DNA of 64,000 nucleotides from the human T2T-CHM13v2.0 reference genome, Homo sapiens. Below are positions 1-12,939 of this stretch, in pieces. Below the pieces are notes generated by a model. That model saw nothing but the letters and a program-made list of their open reading frames with translations. It was not told the origin of the DNA and searched no databases. Made by a program: the position numbers and the translations under genes. Where the stretch lies: assembly GCF_009914755.1 (NCBI RefSeq), contig NC_060938.1; one strand, 5' to 3'. Within the stretch, counting starts at the first letter, position 1. Each line of letters starts with the position of its first letter.

Positions 1-177
1 CCTCATGGCTTCCTAGGACTGGAATGGAAAGTGCCATCCCTCAGCCAGATGGGGCTTTTGAGTGGAAGAGCGGAGGAGTGGGGAAGGGCTCTTGTCCTCC
101 TGCTCCATCTCTTGGGCAACTCCTGGAAACCCTGAGGGAGAAAGTATCACCATGGGCCCCATGGCAAGGGTGGCCTC

Positions 178-736
178 TGACAAATATGTTCTGCTAGTCC
201 AAACTTCAGTCAAGCTTTTGGACCTTCTCTTAAGCCCATCTCTGTACTTCCTTGTAAAATCCAGTTTTATCAAAGAACCCTGCTAAGTCAGGTTAGCAAG
301 AACCCATCACCCTTGATATCTGATCATCCTCAACCTCTGATCAAGTTCCTCATCTTCCATCATCCCCTGGGTGTTGCCTGATCACCCTGGCTTGTCTTTA
401 GTGAGAATCCTGCATACATCACATTGATCATCAACATTTGAAAAACGCATGAGGCATGAGAGTCTACGGGGTGAATGGACATCTACATGAGTGGGTTGCT
501 TTGGCCAGAATCCTCCCCGCTGACGTTTTATCTTAGTACCTCTGCATCCACTGACCCTGCCCTGCTCCTTGGCCATAAATTCTCATTGGCTCATGCTGTA
601 TTTAGAGCTGAGCCCAATCTCTGTCCCTGACTAAAAATCTCATTGCAGGGGTCCTCGTGCTTATTGTGATGGTCCTAAGCATGGGCCACCTACTGTGCTT
701 TCACGAGTGTCATTGAATCTTTTTTTTTTTTAAACA
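178..736 (+). mobile_element. Solo ERV1 LTR, MER31/MER67-like
   Basis: Starts TGACAAA, ends AAACA, flanked by 4-bp TSD CCTC (174-177 / 737-740). Internal motifs AAGAACCCTGCTAAGTCAG, CCCTTGATATCTGATCA and CCTTGGCCATAAATT match the recalled MER31/MER67 consensus. Confidence 0.75.
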
Positions 737-1577
737 CCTCACAGTTGAAGCAGGATCACACAGGGGACTGGGTAATTTCAGATATCTGAAATTACTTCCC
801 TCCTCAAAGGCTCAGTAAAAGCTTGAATGGGTCCACCAACTGCTAGGACACCTAGTACAGTCCTCTGACATCTAAAGCCCTCTTTTTATTTCAGTGACTC
901 AGAATCCAGGCCCCTGGACATTTCTCCAGCCACACTGCCAGCCACAGGGCTCTCTTCTCCAGGGCTGTGGGCTGTCCTGGGGCTGTCTCACTCTCAGCTC
1001 TCAGAGACCAGCAGAGCTGCCTTTTCCTGTCCTGCTGGTTTCTGGGTCTCTTCCCTAACAAGACCCAGAGCAGTTTGGCCTACTTTGGAGGAGAACAGCC
1101 CAACGGACTGAGCGATGGGAGGAAGTGATAAGTGCAGCTGTCTCTTCAGCCCATGGCTTCTTCCTCTGGGGAGACTGAGGTTCTCACGGTGCCTGCAAGG
1201 CTGTGGGAGCCGGGACCTGCCCTTAAAGTTAGTCTCCAGCTGGGGGAGGTTTCCCTGAGCTGAGCCCTAGATAAGTGTGGCAGATAAAAAGAAGAGCCAG
1301 AAAGGACTGGTTTTGTCTGGGTTGGCTTTTGAGAGGGACTTTACTGCTCTCTGGGGGTGTAGAAATAAACTGTCTCATGCCAGATTGGCCTCCACATTGT
1401 CAAATTTAGGCTGGGAAGATTTTCCTTCCTGGCTTAGACTCGAGTGCCCTGAGAAGAGACAGAAAAGGGGACTAGAGATCATTGCATTTCTCAGGTCTTT
1501 GCCAAGCGAGGGACTCGTCCGGTCTAAACACATTAAGGAAATGCATCTCAATTCATCTTCATAACTTGCAGCTAAAG

Positions 1578-1771
1578 CCAGCTTCTCAGCCTTGGCTCTG
1601 TCGACTTTTTGGGTTGGATAATCCTTTGCCGTGGGGACTGTCCCATGTATTATAGGATGCCCAGCAACATCTCTTGCCTCTACCCACTAGATGTCAGTTG
1701 CACTTTCCTCCTCCAGTAGCGCCAATCAAAATGTCTCCTGGGGCACGATTGCCCCCAGTGGAGAGTCACTG
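1578..1771 (-). mobile_element. MER20 (hAT-Charlie MITE)
   Basis: CTCTACCCACTAGATGTCAG, CAAAATGTCTCC and GCCCCCAGTGGAGAGTCACTGG match reverse MER20. Confidence 0.8.
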
Positions 1772-2110
1772 GGCTATCAGTAAAGAACATCAGAGATCAC
1801 TGAGCATGATGCTAAGAGGACTTGCCCACCACTCCACAGCTTTGACAAGAGTCAAACCCAGGACATTTTGTTATTCTTGTCTTTCCTTTTCATGCCTCAT
1901 GCTGCCTGAGTTCAGGAAACCCTAATTTCTCTGAGTGTATTCCCTCAACTGGAAAGGAAGTTCAGAGCTTTTACCTTAAGGGGTGATTATACAAATCAAA
2001 TATGACAATGAATAGTCGGTGTGAGCATGTAGAGTGTTGGGTTTGTGGTAGGTCCCTTCCCTTGCAACAGACATTCTTTTGAAAGAAAACACGTGCCGGT
2101 AAAAAACAGA

Positions 2111-2267
2111 GCAGTTCTCAGCCTTCTCTGCACATGAGAATCACTTGGGCACCTTTGACTGCCAATGCCTCGGCCTCACAGCAAGAGATCTGGGGTTTAA
2201 CTCGGCATCAGTAGGTCCTAAAATTCCTCAGGTGCCTCCAATGCTGAGCTGAGATTCTGAGAAGCTC
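2111..2267. mobile_element. MER5A-like hAT MITE
   Basis: GTTCTCAGCCTT...CACATGAGAATCACTTGGG...CTCAGGTG...TGAGAAG pattern. Confidence 0.55.
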
Positions 2268-2949
2268 TCAGAATCTCTTTTAAGAACTATAATGGTTACA
2301 CTATAAATTCCACCTGTTTCATGTTCCCAAAAGGAGGAAGCAAGTTTAGTGATAAAGGAGCAAGAAAAATCTATTCCCCAGAGTCACCTTCAGTGACAAT
2401 GTTTGACAAAAGTGCTACTGAGAGGAGATAGCAACAGGGCCTAGATTCGTACAGCACTTCAGAATGTCAAGTGTTAACTTGGAATATTTACCATGACATG
2501 CAGAACTGAGTCAACTGGTACTTACAGGTGAATGGAAAGAAATGAGGCCAGAGCCTGATGGCAGGTACCAGATGTAATGCAATACTGCATGTGTGTTCTT
2601 CAAATACATGCAAAAAAGTTCTTCAGTGAGGACCAGGTAGAGTCCTGGGATTTCTTTTTCTTCTTCCTCTTCCTTCTCTTTCTTCTTCTCTTCTGCCTCC
2701 TCTTCCCCGCCATTTTGTTTTGTTTTGTTTTTTGGTCTGTGGTTTTCAATATTGATTTGCTTCTTTTGGATTATCGGCCATCTAGGGGACATAGGAATAA
2801 GCTACTCATAACATCAGCAACCGGTATCACCCACTGCCGATCTCCCTCCAGTGATTTTATGTGTGTGCGTTGACACTTTACTAAATTGGAACGTAGAGAG
2901 ACAGTTGGCATCATGCTATTCTCACTTGCTCATAAAGCATGTTTATATA

Positions 2950-4220
2950 TCATTAAAAATGTTTCAAAATATAATTTGATGTCTATATAATCTTCTAACC
3001 TATGACTATATATAATCTTCTACCCTAATTCTATCTGCACATCACAACTTATTTTCCCACTTCTCGTTTGCTAAACACATATTGTTTCCACATTTACAAA
3101 CAAATATTTTAAATAAAGCTGAAATAAGCATCCTTGTAAACATCTTTAAGTACTCTTATTTCCTTAGGAAACATTTGTAGAGATGGAGTTATTAGGGCAA
3201 AGTTTCGGTACTGGTGATGTCATGTGTCACGGCAAATACAAATTGCTTTCTATAAAAAGAATGAACAAATTTAGACGCTAACCACCTCGGTGTGAGGAGC
3301 TGAGTCATCTGTCATCAGCAACTCTGATTAGTATCATTCAAAGATTGATAATTTAATGGCTAAAAAATACTACCTTATATTTTGTTTCATCTGTGTCTAT
3401 TGGATCACTAGCAAAGATAAATACTTTTTACATATTTATTAGGTACTTGAACATGGTTTCAGTTGTGAATTTTTGTGTGTGAATATGTTTTCTGTTTGCT
3501 TTCTTTCTGTGAATTCATACTGGAGTTATTTTTTCTTAATTTATAAAATATCTTTCTAGATTAAAGATATTAAAATCTTGTCTTTATGTCGCAAACATTA
3601 TTTCCCAGTTTGTTTTAAATTTAGCATGTTTTAGAGAACATTTATTTTCTCTTTTCAAAATTTATTATCTTTTTCTCGCTGACATTTAAGAGAAAAATAT
3701 ACTCATGGGCAAAATTTGAAAAACAAATATAAAAATGTAAATTACAAAATGAAGCGTGTTTTGAATGGCAGCAGAAATAATCGCTATTACATTTTCATGC
3801 AACTCCAGCTACTGACAGGGACACAACATGTTTATTTTCTCAAAATTGGAATCATATAGGCTATGTTATATTATAGCCTGTTTTTGTGAGTGCTTTCTTT
3901 GTTCACTCAATAGTCTTCTAAAACCTGATACTTAACAGCTATAAACTCTTCCGTTAGAGGGATGCAATATATCTTTTTAAACAGTCGCTAATTATCAGGA
4001 ATTCTAGTTGCTTCAGGATGCTACCCAGAATACATACTGCTATGGTGAACACTCTTCTACACACAGAGTTCATCCAACTATTTCTTTCAGATATAGTCCT
4101 AAGGGTAAACTTGTTAGGTCCGAGGATATGCCAATTTTAAAGACTTGTGATTAAAAATGACTAAATTGTCTTTAAGGAAGATTGGGGCAAATTACTCTCT
4201 CACCGAAAGGGTATGAGAGT
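2950..4220 (-). mobile_element. Old L1 (L1ME-like) fragments
   Basis: Antisense L1 3'-region phrases (AATAAAGCTGAAATAAGCATCCTTGTA, ATTTCCTTAGG, CTGCTATGGTGAACACTCTT, GTATGAGAGT); heavily diverged, probably more than one piece. Confidence 0.5.
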
Positions 4221-4873
4221 GGAAAAGCCTCATTGAACAGGCCATTGAAATGTGGGTTAGAGAGTCTGCCACACACAATATGCCTCCTAAACATTCATTC
4301 CCTTCAAGTTGAAGTTCTGAACCTTCATGAAGTTTCAAATCAAGCCTTTTGGCATTAAGAAGCTGTTACTTTCAACTGTGTATTTTGTGGAGTTGATGAC
4401 ACTGTGGGAGTATTTCTAGTTAAAACAATATGCGAGCTGACATCTCTCCCCGAAACCACTGTCTCGCTCGCTCTCTGTGATTCTCTCCTTTAATCATGTT
4501 TTTATAATTTCCTCACAGCACTTCACATACAGTGACAAGCCTCGTGCTGTGCCCATCAAGGTCTGTTATGGGGGGCAACAGCTGACATTTTCCAAAATGA
4601 CTGTGCAATGGAGTACTGGGACCAAAGCATGCTTGGGGGAACTCATTCCAGGGGAATAAACGGCAGGAGGAATGTGGGGTAATCACAAGGCTTTGGTCAA
4701 CAGAGACAGCAGTGCTGAGTGCTCCTAGGCGGTGCAGGTAGCAAACTAAGAGTATTTTGTACCCGAAGGAAGGAAAGCAAAATCAGACAAGAGTTTGACC
4801 AAGTAAGATTTGAAATCACTATTCTAAACATTAGCAACGATGCATGCTTATCGAGTGCTTGTCGTGATCTAGC

Positions 4874-5097
4874 TAGGGGTGAGGCAACTAAGGACTGCAA
4901 GCTAAATCTGGCCCACTGCCTGTTTATTTAAATAAAGTTTTATTGGAACACAGCCACACTTATTTGTTAACAAATGGCCTGTGGCTGCTTTTACACTATA
5001 ATAACAGAGTTAAATCATTGTGACAGAGACTGTATGACTAACAACTATAGACACATTTACTATTTAAACATTTACTGAAAAAGAAGATAGACTTCTG
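4874..5097 (+). mobile_element. MER58A (hAT-Charlie MITE)
   Basis: AAATAAAGTTTTATTGGAACACAGCCAC and GTGACAGAGACTGTATG diagnostic core. Confidence 0.85.
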
Positions 5098-5254
5098 TGC
5101 TTTTTTTTTCTTTTTGGTTTGTTCACATATAACTTTTTATTATTTTATTTTCTAATTTTAAAAGAAGTGCATGTTCATTCTGGGCAATTAGAGAAATGCA
5201 ATTATTGTCTTTTCAAAATTAGAAAGAAAAAAAAATCAAATTACTTTTTTAAGC

Positions 5255-5410
5255 TGACCCCTAGTGCAATTTACTTAACATGTAGGGCCTCAGTTATTTC
5301 TTCTGTAAAATGAATATAAGTCACAATAGGGCTGTTGTGAAGATTGAATGAGCTGAGGACTCTAAGGCCCTGAGCTTCCTGGAATGTAATCAATACTCAG
5401 CGAATGCCAA
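5255..5410 (+). mobile_element. MIR fragment
   Basis: GGGCCTCAGTTATTTCTTCTGTAAAATG...AGGGCTGTTGTGAAGATTGAATGAG MIR core. Confidence 0.7.
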
Positions 5411-5931
5411 TCACTCTCAGTACATATGGGGCCCTATTAGTGGGTTGGGCTTTTTCCTATGAATTTATATGGCCTCCTTAGACAATAAAGACATTGCTCT
5501 TTTTAAAACAGTGATATTAATCAGTTATGATTGCTTTGTGTCTCAATAATAATTGGAGTCTACCATTCTGAGTCCAAACAGGAAAGCAGAAAACACTTTG
5601 AATCTTCATAATAGAAGAGACTTAACACAGAGACAGAGTTACATGGTGACAACAGAAACTGTTGGGATTCAATTGGGGGCCAGAGGGCAATGCAGGGACT
5701 CGCAAAGCCAGAAAGCTAGCAGCACCCCAGGCTGAGGAGGAATGGTGTGGGCCTACCAGAGTAAGGGCTGGGTTCACCTGGGGGCATCATCCCCTAAACT
5801 CCCTCGTGACAGCCCTCCCCATGCTGTACTGCAATGGCCCAATGGCAGGCTACTGACTCGACGACCTGGACTCCTTGGACCCCATCACATCTTGCTCATT
5901 TTCTATATAGTCAGCAGCACTGGGCACAGGG

Positions 5932-6003
5932 AAAGCAATCAAACAAACAAACAAACAAACATGAAGGATCAAACAAAGCAATCAAACAAACAAACATGAA
6001 GGA
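5932..6003. repeat. (AAAC)n microsatellite inside a short tandem duplication
   Basis: AAAGCAATC(AAAC)5ATGAAGGA followed by AAAGCAATC(AAAC)3ATGAAGGA. Confidence 0.85.
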
Positions 6004-6459
6004 GGCACGATAGACAACCTGGACACCTCCAGACGAGGCTGGAAGAACATGAGTCAGAGGACAGACTGGCTGGAACTGGAATCCAGATTCTGAAGATAGC
6101 TCCCAGCATGGCCTTGGGTAAGTCTCTTCGCCTCCCTCACTCCTTGCTGGGAACAGGGCATGAAATGAAAACACTTCTCTGCGGAATCATCGTCAAGCTA
6201 AAATAGAGTGGAAAATAAACAGTTTCCCTGCTTTTTATGTTAAGAATCAAATGGAACAGAAGGCAGAATTTTTTTGGCTTATTTATATTTTTATTAATTT
6301 GTCCTTTGGGGGAGACACATATTTTTCAATACAAAAGTAGTAGAGTGAACCAAGTGGCAGCCCTGCATGGAGAGGTGGCTGGACATACAGAAAGTGATGT
6401 GACTAGATTGTAAAATACACCAAGATCCAAAGGGAGAAGAGGAAGAAGCTCATATCAAC

Positions 6460-6620
6460 TGAGCTCCCCCTGCCCGGCTGGGCATTATGTGTCATTGATC
6501 CCCATAAAGACTCGGCCAGGAAAGTATCGTCATCTTTCTTTAAGCTGATAACTGAGATTCAGAGAGCTCAGGAAACTTAAGCCAAACGTAAAAACTAGGG
6601 GGGCCAGGATTCAAGTACTG
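6460..6620 (-). mobile_element. MIR fragment
   Basis: GATAACTGAGATTCAGAGAG...AACTT...GGCCAGGATTCAA antisense MIR core. Confidence 0.55.
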
Positions 6621-7829
6621 GGAAAAGTTGCTCCACAGCCAGTGCTGTACATGCTTTCCTCTCTACTAAGCTGCTCGCAAAGGTGCAACAGAAGGACAAA
6701 CTGAAAAAGAGAACTGTGGATACAGAGAGTAAATGGGGAAAATAGGGGAGAGAAGGAGGGGGAAGGAGAGAGATTGAGAGAGAGAGAAGACACACCCACG
6801 GATTCGACTTCTGTATATTCTCAATCCCTTTTGGCTTCAAAGGGTGTTTGATAAGTCAGACACTCTTCCAGAGCTGCAGATATGAACTAGTTGACACCTC
6901 ACAAAGGAAAAACGCTTGCTTTTCTCATCCTAGTCTTGGTCAAAACCAGGAAGCAGAGAGCTGGGCAAACACAATCCGTTCTTTGAAGTTAATGTTTTCA
7001 GCGGTCTCCGGGGCTTTGGTTTGACTAGAGTGTTGGCGCTGGGGCTTGTGCTGTCCAACCCAATTTATCCTTGGTGCTGGATTTCAGCTGACACGTGGAG
7101 GAGGGAAATACAGGCCCATGTGCTTTGGAAAGCCTGTCCTTTAAGAAAGTACACTTGATGGCTTCAAGGGGCTCTTCAGGTTCTCCCACATTACTCTCAG
7201 GTCAGAGGATTTGAAAAGGAGCTCTACAATGTTATTTCATAAAACTTTTTTTCAATTTTAGAGGGTGGTCAGAAGGTGTAATTGCCTAGAAATGGCCTTA
7301 TCCAGAATGAAAATTTTCTGTCACTCTTCCTGTCAAGAACATAGCTGATAACTAGAAAGAAAATCTAGGAAGAACTGCAAATAGACTGAAGATGCATTAC
7401 AAAGAGGACTGAGGACCACGCTCCAAAGCTACCCACTTGCTTTTGCCCCACGTTTTCATAAACTGACGTATACTCATACGCACTTCTACTGGATTATACT
7501 CTCAGACTCTAAAAATACAGCCCAGAAATAAGCAAGAGGCCACCACAGACAGTGAACGAGTAAAACATGACAGATGAGAACTAGACAGAAAGCTCTCTGA
7601 AGCTCCTCACTAGAGAATAACAACAATGATAACAGCAACATAATCGACACAAGGAACTGGAGCCAGGTATTTTAGGGCAAACAGCCCTGCCCACTACGGT
7701 AGCCACAGTCGTCATCACTAATTTATAGTCCAGTGAAATGTGTCTTTCACAAAAGTGAATCCAAAACAGAAAGAAGGAAAAAAATAGAAAATAAAAGACA
7801 GGACCATTCTACGTTTGCACTTTTTAAAA

Positions 7830-8930
7830 TAATCTTTTTCTTTGGAAATAGTTTTAGATTTACAAAAAAGAAACAAAAACCAAAACAAAAAAACATTGCG
7901 GAGAGTACAAAGAGTTCCCCTGTGCCCCACACTCATTTTTTCCTGTTGTTAACATCTGACTTTAGTTTGGTGCATTTGCCACAACTAATAAACCAATACT
8001 GATACACTGAGATTAACTCAAGTCCATACATTATTCTGATGCCCTTATTTTTTATGTAGTGTCCTTTTCCTCTTCCTGGATTCCACCCAGTATACTATGT
8101 TATATTTAGCCATCACATCCCTGTGGTCTGTTAGCTGTAGACTGTGAGTTTCTCAGACTTTCCTTGTTTCTGATGATGTTGCCAGGTATTTTGTAGAATT
8201 TCTCTCAGTTTTGTTCAACCGATGTTTTTCTTATGGTACGATTGGTGGTACAGATCTTGAAAAGGAAGATCACAGAGATAAACCACCATGCTCATCCCAT
8301 CAGATCATGGGCACATACTGTCAACGTGACTTATCCCTGTTGATGTTGACCTCCGTCACCTCTCTGAGGAGGGTTTGTCAGGTTTCTCCACTGCCAAGTG
8401 ACTCTTTATTCTCTTCCTTTGCACATTGAACTCTTTGTAAGGAAGTTGCTATGTACTGCCCACACTTAAGGGGTGGTGAGTTATGCTTCACCTCCTTGAG
8501 GGCAGAGTATCTAAATAAATTATTTGGAATTCTTCTGCATGAGAGATTTATTCATTATCTCCCATTTATGTCTTTATTCAGTCATTCATTATTATTAGGA
8601 TAAAATCATGGCTATGTTATATTTCAGATTATAATTCAATACGATGTTATTTGTTGTATTGCTCAAATTGTTGTAGCTCTGAGCATTTGGAGCTCTTTCG
8701 TTTGTCTTCTGTTTTCTTCTGACATACCCCATTATTTTGTCTTTTGAACACTGCTTTGCTTTCTGGCACTGTCATATGCCAGGCTCATCTTGTATATTTC
8801 TTGCCTCAGGCCTAAAATCAGCCATTCTTCAAGGAACGTGGGCTCCTTTTATTGGGAATTGGAATTAGAAACCAAGACCTGGGCACTAGGTGTGCTCATG
8901 GCTGCTGTGGTGTCATTGCTTTTGAAGAAC
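7830..8930 (-). mobile_element. Old L1 3' UTR (L1MC/L1MD-like)
   Basis: TTTTAGATTTACAAAAAAG...GAGTTCCC, AAACCAATACTGATACA, TTTCTCAGACTTTCCTTGTTT and CTAAAATCAGCCATT match the recalled L1MC/MD 3' end. Confidence 0.7.
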
Positions 8931-8936
8931 CTATTA

Positions 8937-11316
8937 CAGCCATGCTCATTGTTTTATGTTTGATTTTACTTTGTTTCACAGACATGTTTTGTTTTGATTT
9001 TTTGTTTAAATCAAAGGTTTGTGATAACCCTGTGTTGAGCGTCTATCTCTGCCATTTTTCTAACTACATGATCTCACATCATGTTTCTGTGTCACATTTT
9101 GGTAATTCTCACAATATTTCAAAATTATTATTATATATGTTACGGTGATCTTTGATCATTGATCTTCGATGTTACTATTGTAATTGTTTTGGGGCTGTAT
9201 GTGCCATGAGATGGCAAACTTAATTAAGTGTTATGTGGGTTCTGACTGCTCTACTGACCAGCCATTCCCCTGTCTCTTTCCCTCTCTTTGGGCCTCACTA
9301 TTCCCCAAGACACAACAATATTAAAATTAGGCCAATTAACAACCCTACAATGGCATCAAAGTTCAAGTGAAAGGAAGAGTCACATATCTCCCACTTTAAA
9401 TCAAAAGCTAGAAATGATTTCGCTTAGTGAGGAAGGCACACCAAAAGTCAAGACAGGCTGAAAGCTGGGCCTCTTGCACCAAATAGACATATTGTGAATA
9501 CAAAGGGAAAGTTATTGGAGGAAATTCAAGTGCTCCAGTAAACACACAAATGATAAGAAAGTGAAACAGCCTTATTGCTGATGTGGAGAAAGCTTTAGTG
9601 GTCATGGTAGAAGTTCAAAGCAGCCACAAGAGTCCCTTAAACCTAATCCAGAGCAAGGCACTAACTCTCTTTAATTTTATGAAAGCTGAGAGAGGTGAGG
9701 AAGTTGTAGTAGAAAAGTTGGAAGCTTGCAGAGGTGGGTTCATGAGGTTTAAGGGAAGAAGCCTTCTCCATAACATGGAGGTGCAAGGTGAAGCAGTAAG
9801 TGCTGATGCAGAAGCTACAGGAAGTTCTGAAAAAGATCCAGCTAAGATCATTGATGAAGGTGGCTATGCTGAAGAACATATTTTCAGTGAGGATAAAATA
9901 GTCTTACATTGAAATAAGATGCCATCTATGACTCTCATTGCTAGGGAGAAGTCAATGCCTAGTTTTAAAGCTTCAGCGGACAGGCTAACTCTTGTTGTGA
10001 TCTAACGAAGTTGGTGACTTTAAACTAAAGCCTAACGCTCATTTGCCATTCTGAAAATCCTACGGACCTTAAGAATTAGGCTAAATCTACTCTACCTATG
10101 CATCATAAATGGAACAACAAAGCCCAGAAAGTAAATCTGTTGACAGCATGGTTCACTGAATGGTTTAAGCCCACTGTTGAAACCTATTATTAATATTAAA
10201 AAAAATTCCTTTCAAAATGTTACTGCTCATTGATAATGCACCTAGTTACCCAAGAACACTGATATAGACGTATACAGAGATTAATGCTGCTTTCATGCCT
10301 ACTAATACAATATTCATTCTACAGCCCATGGATCAAGAAGTAATTTAGACTTTCAAGTCTTATTACTTTTAAAAAAACGCATTTTTAAGGCTATAGCTGC
10401 CATAGATAGTGATTCTTCTGATGCATCTGAGCAAAGTCAATTGGAAACCTTCTGGGAAGAATACACCATTCTAGATGTCATTAAGAACATTCACATCTCC
10501 TAGAAGGTCAAAAAGCAATATTAACAGGAGCTTGAAAGAAGCTGATATCAAACTTCATGGGTGGTTTTGAAGGGTTCCAGACTTTAGTGGAGAAAGTAAC
10601 TGCAGATGTGGTGAAAATAGCAAGAGAACTGGAATTAGAAGTGGAACCTGAAGATGTGACTTGATTGTTGCAATCTCACGGTAGGACTTGAATGGATGAA
10701 GAATTGCTTCTTACGGATATGCAAAGAAAGTGGTTTCTTGAGATGGAATTGACTCCCGGTGAGGATGCTGTGAACATTGTTGGATGACAACAAATAATTG
10801 ATAATATCATATTAACCTAGTTTATAAAGCAGCAGCAGGGTTTGAGAAGATTAACTTTGATTTTGAAAGAAGTTCTACTGTGGGTGAAATGCTGTCAAAC
10901 AGCATCTCATGTTACAGTAAAATCTTTTATAAAAGGAAGACTTGATCAATGTGGCAAATTACATTTTTGTGTTATTTTAAGTAGTTGCCACAGCCACCCC
11001 ATCCTTCAGCAACCAACACCTTAATTAGTCAGCACCCATCAACATGAAGGCCAGACTCTCCACCAGCAAAAAGATTGTGATTTTCTGAAGGCTCAGATGA
11101 TCCTTGGCACTTGTTTAGCAACAAAGTAATTTTTAATTAAGGTATGTATACTTGTTAGACATAATGCTAGTACACATTTAATAGACTACAGCATAGAGTA
11201 AACATAACTTTTACAGGCACTGGGAGGCCAAAAACCTTGGGTGACTGGCTTTAACATGATATTCATGTTATTGCAGTGATCTGGAACTGAATACACAATG
11301 TCTTCAAGTATGCCTG
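8937..11316 (+). mobile_element. Full-length Tigger1 DNA transposon (decayed)
   Basis: ~2.38 kb; termini CAGCCATGCTC / AAGTATGCCTG with TA on both sides (8935-8936, 11317-11318); colinear with the recalled Tigger1 consensus throughout. Confidence 0.95.
9350..10691 (+). pseudogene. Tigger1 pogo-like transposase remnant (frameshifts and stops)
   Basis: ATG at 9350. ORF 9583-9912 ([20 protein letters not shown]...AKIIDEGGY) is the CENP-B HTH/DDE region. Downstream LLLIDNAP and LQPMDQ motifs are present, but no continuous ORF. Confidence 0.85.
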
Positions 11317-11355
11317 TATTTTAAGAGAGATATACTTTTAAGAAGGCTGAAAATA

Positions 11356-11658
11356 GTATTCCATGGTGTATATGTGCCACAGTTTCTTAATCCAGTCTAT
11401 CATTATTGGACATTTGGGTTGGTTCCAAGTCTTTGCTATTGTGAGTAGTACCACAATAAACATACGTGTGTCTTTATAGCAGCATGATTTATATTCCTTT
11501 GGGTATATACCCAATAATGGGATGGCTGGGTCAAATGGTATTTCTAGTTCTAGATCCCTGAAGAATTGCCACACTGTTTTCCACAATGGCACATGTATAC
11601 ATATGTAACAAACCTTCACGTTGTGCACATGTACCCTAGAACTTAAAGTGTAATAAAA
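11356..11658 (+). mobile_element. 5'-truncated, 5'-inverted L1PA
   Basis: 11356-11589 is antisense ORF2 end (ORF 11338-11628 minus: DPAIPLLGIYPK...WHIYTMEYY); 11586-11658 is the sense L1 3' terminus (GTACCCTAGAACTTAAAGTGTAATAAAA). TSD GAAGGCT(G/A)AAAATA at 11342-11355 and 12940-12953. Confidence 0.9.
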
Positions 11659-12939
11659 TATATATATATATTTTATTTATATATATTTTATAAAATATAT
11701 ATATATATTTTATTTATATATATTTTATAAAATATATATTTTATTTATATATATTTTATAAAATATATATTTTATGTATATATTTTATAAAATATATATT
11801 TTATGTATATATTTTATAAAATATATATTTTATGTATATATTTTATAAAATATATATTTTATGTATATATTTTATAAAATATATATTTTATGTATATATT
11901 TTATAAAATATATATTTTATGTATATATTTTATAAAATATATATTTTATGTATATATTTTATAAAATATATATTTTATGTATATATTTTATAAAATATAT
12001 ATTTTATGTATATATTTTATAAAATATATATTTTATGTATATATTTTATAAAATATATATTTTATGTATATATTTTATAAAATATATATTTTATTTATGT
12101 ATATTTTTTATAAATATATATATTTTATTTATGTATATTTTTTATAAATATATATATTTTATTTATATATATTTTATAAATATATATATTTTATTTATAT
12201 ATATTTTATAAATATATATATTTTATTTATATATTTTATAAATACATATATTTTATTTATATATTTTATAAATACATATATTTTATTTATATATATTTTA
12301 TAAATATATATATTTATTTATATATTTATAAATATATATATTTTATTTATATATTTATAAATATATATATTTTATTTATATATTTATAAATATATATATT
12401 TTATTTATATATTTATAAATATATATATTTTATTTATATATTTATAAATATATATATTTTATTTATATATTTATAAATATATATATTTTATTTATATATT
12501 TATAAATATATATATTTTATTTATATATTATAAACATATATATTTTATTTATATATTTTAAATATATATATTTTATTTATATATATTTATAAAATATATA
12601 TTTTATTTATATATATTTATAAAATATATATTTTATTTATATATATTTATAAAATATATATTTTATTTATATATATTTATAAAATATATATTTTATTTAT
12701 ATATATTTATAAAATATATATTTTATTTATATATATTTATAAAATATATATTTTATTTATATATATTTTATAAATATATATATTTTATTTATATATTTAT
12801 AAATATATATATTTTATTTATATATATTTATAAATATATATATATTATTTATATATTTTATAAATATATATTTTATTTATATATATTTTATAAATATATA
12901 CATTTATTTATATATATTTTATTATATATATATATATAT
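11659..12939. repeat. AT-rich minisatellite/VNTR, ~27-31-bp units
   Basis: Homogeneous block of AAAATATATATTTTATGTATATATTTTAT (29 bp) plus variant blocks; almost 100% A+T. Confidence 0.97.

Noticed and set aside
9583-9912. 109-aa transposase-like ORF as a domesticated TIGD gene
   Set aside because: It is only an open stretch of a Tigger1 copy; the transposase is broken by stops and frameshifts on both sides.
11659-12939. 29-bp periodic array as CRISPR-like
   Set aside because: No unique spacers, no cas genes, primate context; it is a pure tandem repeat.
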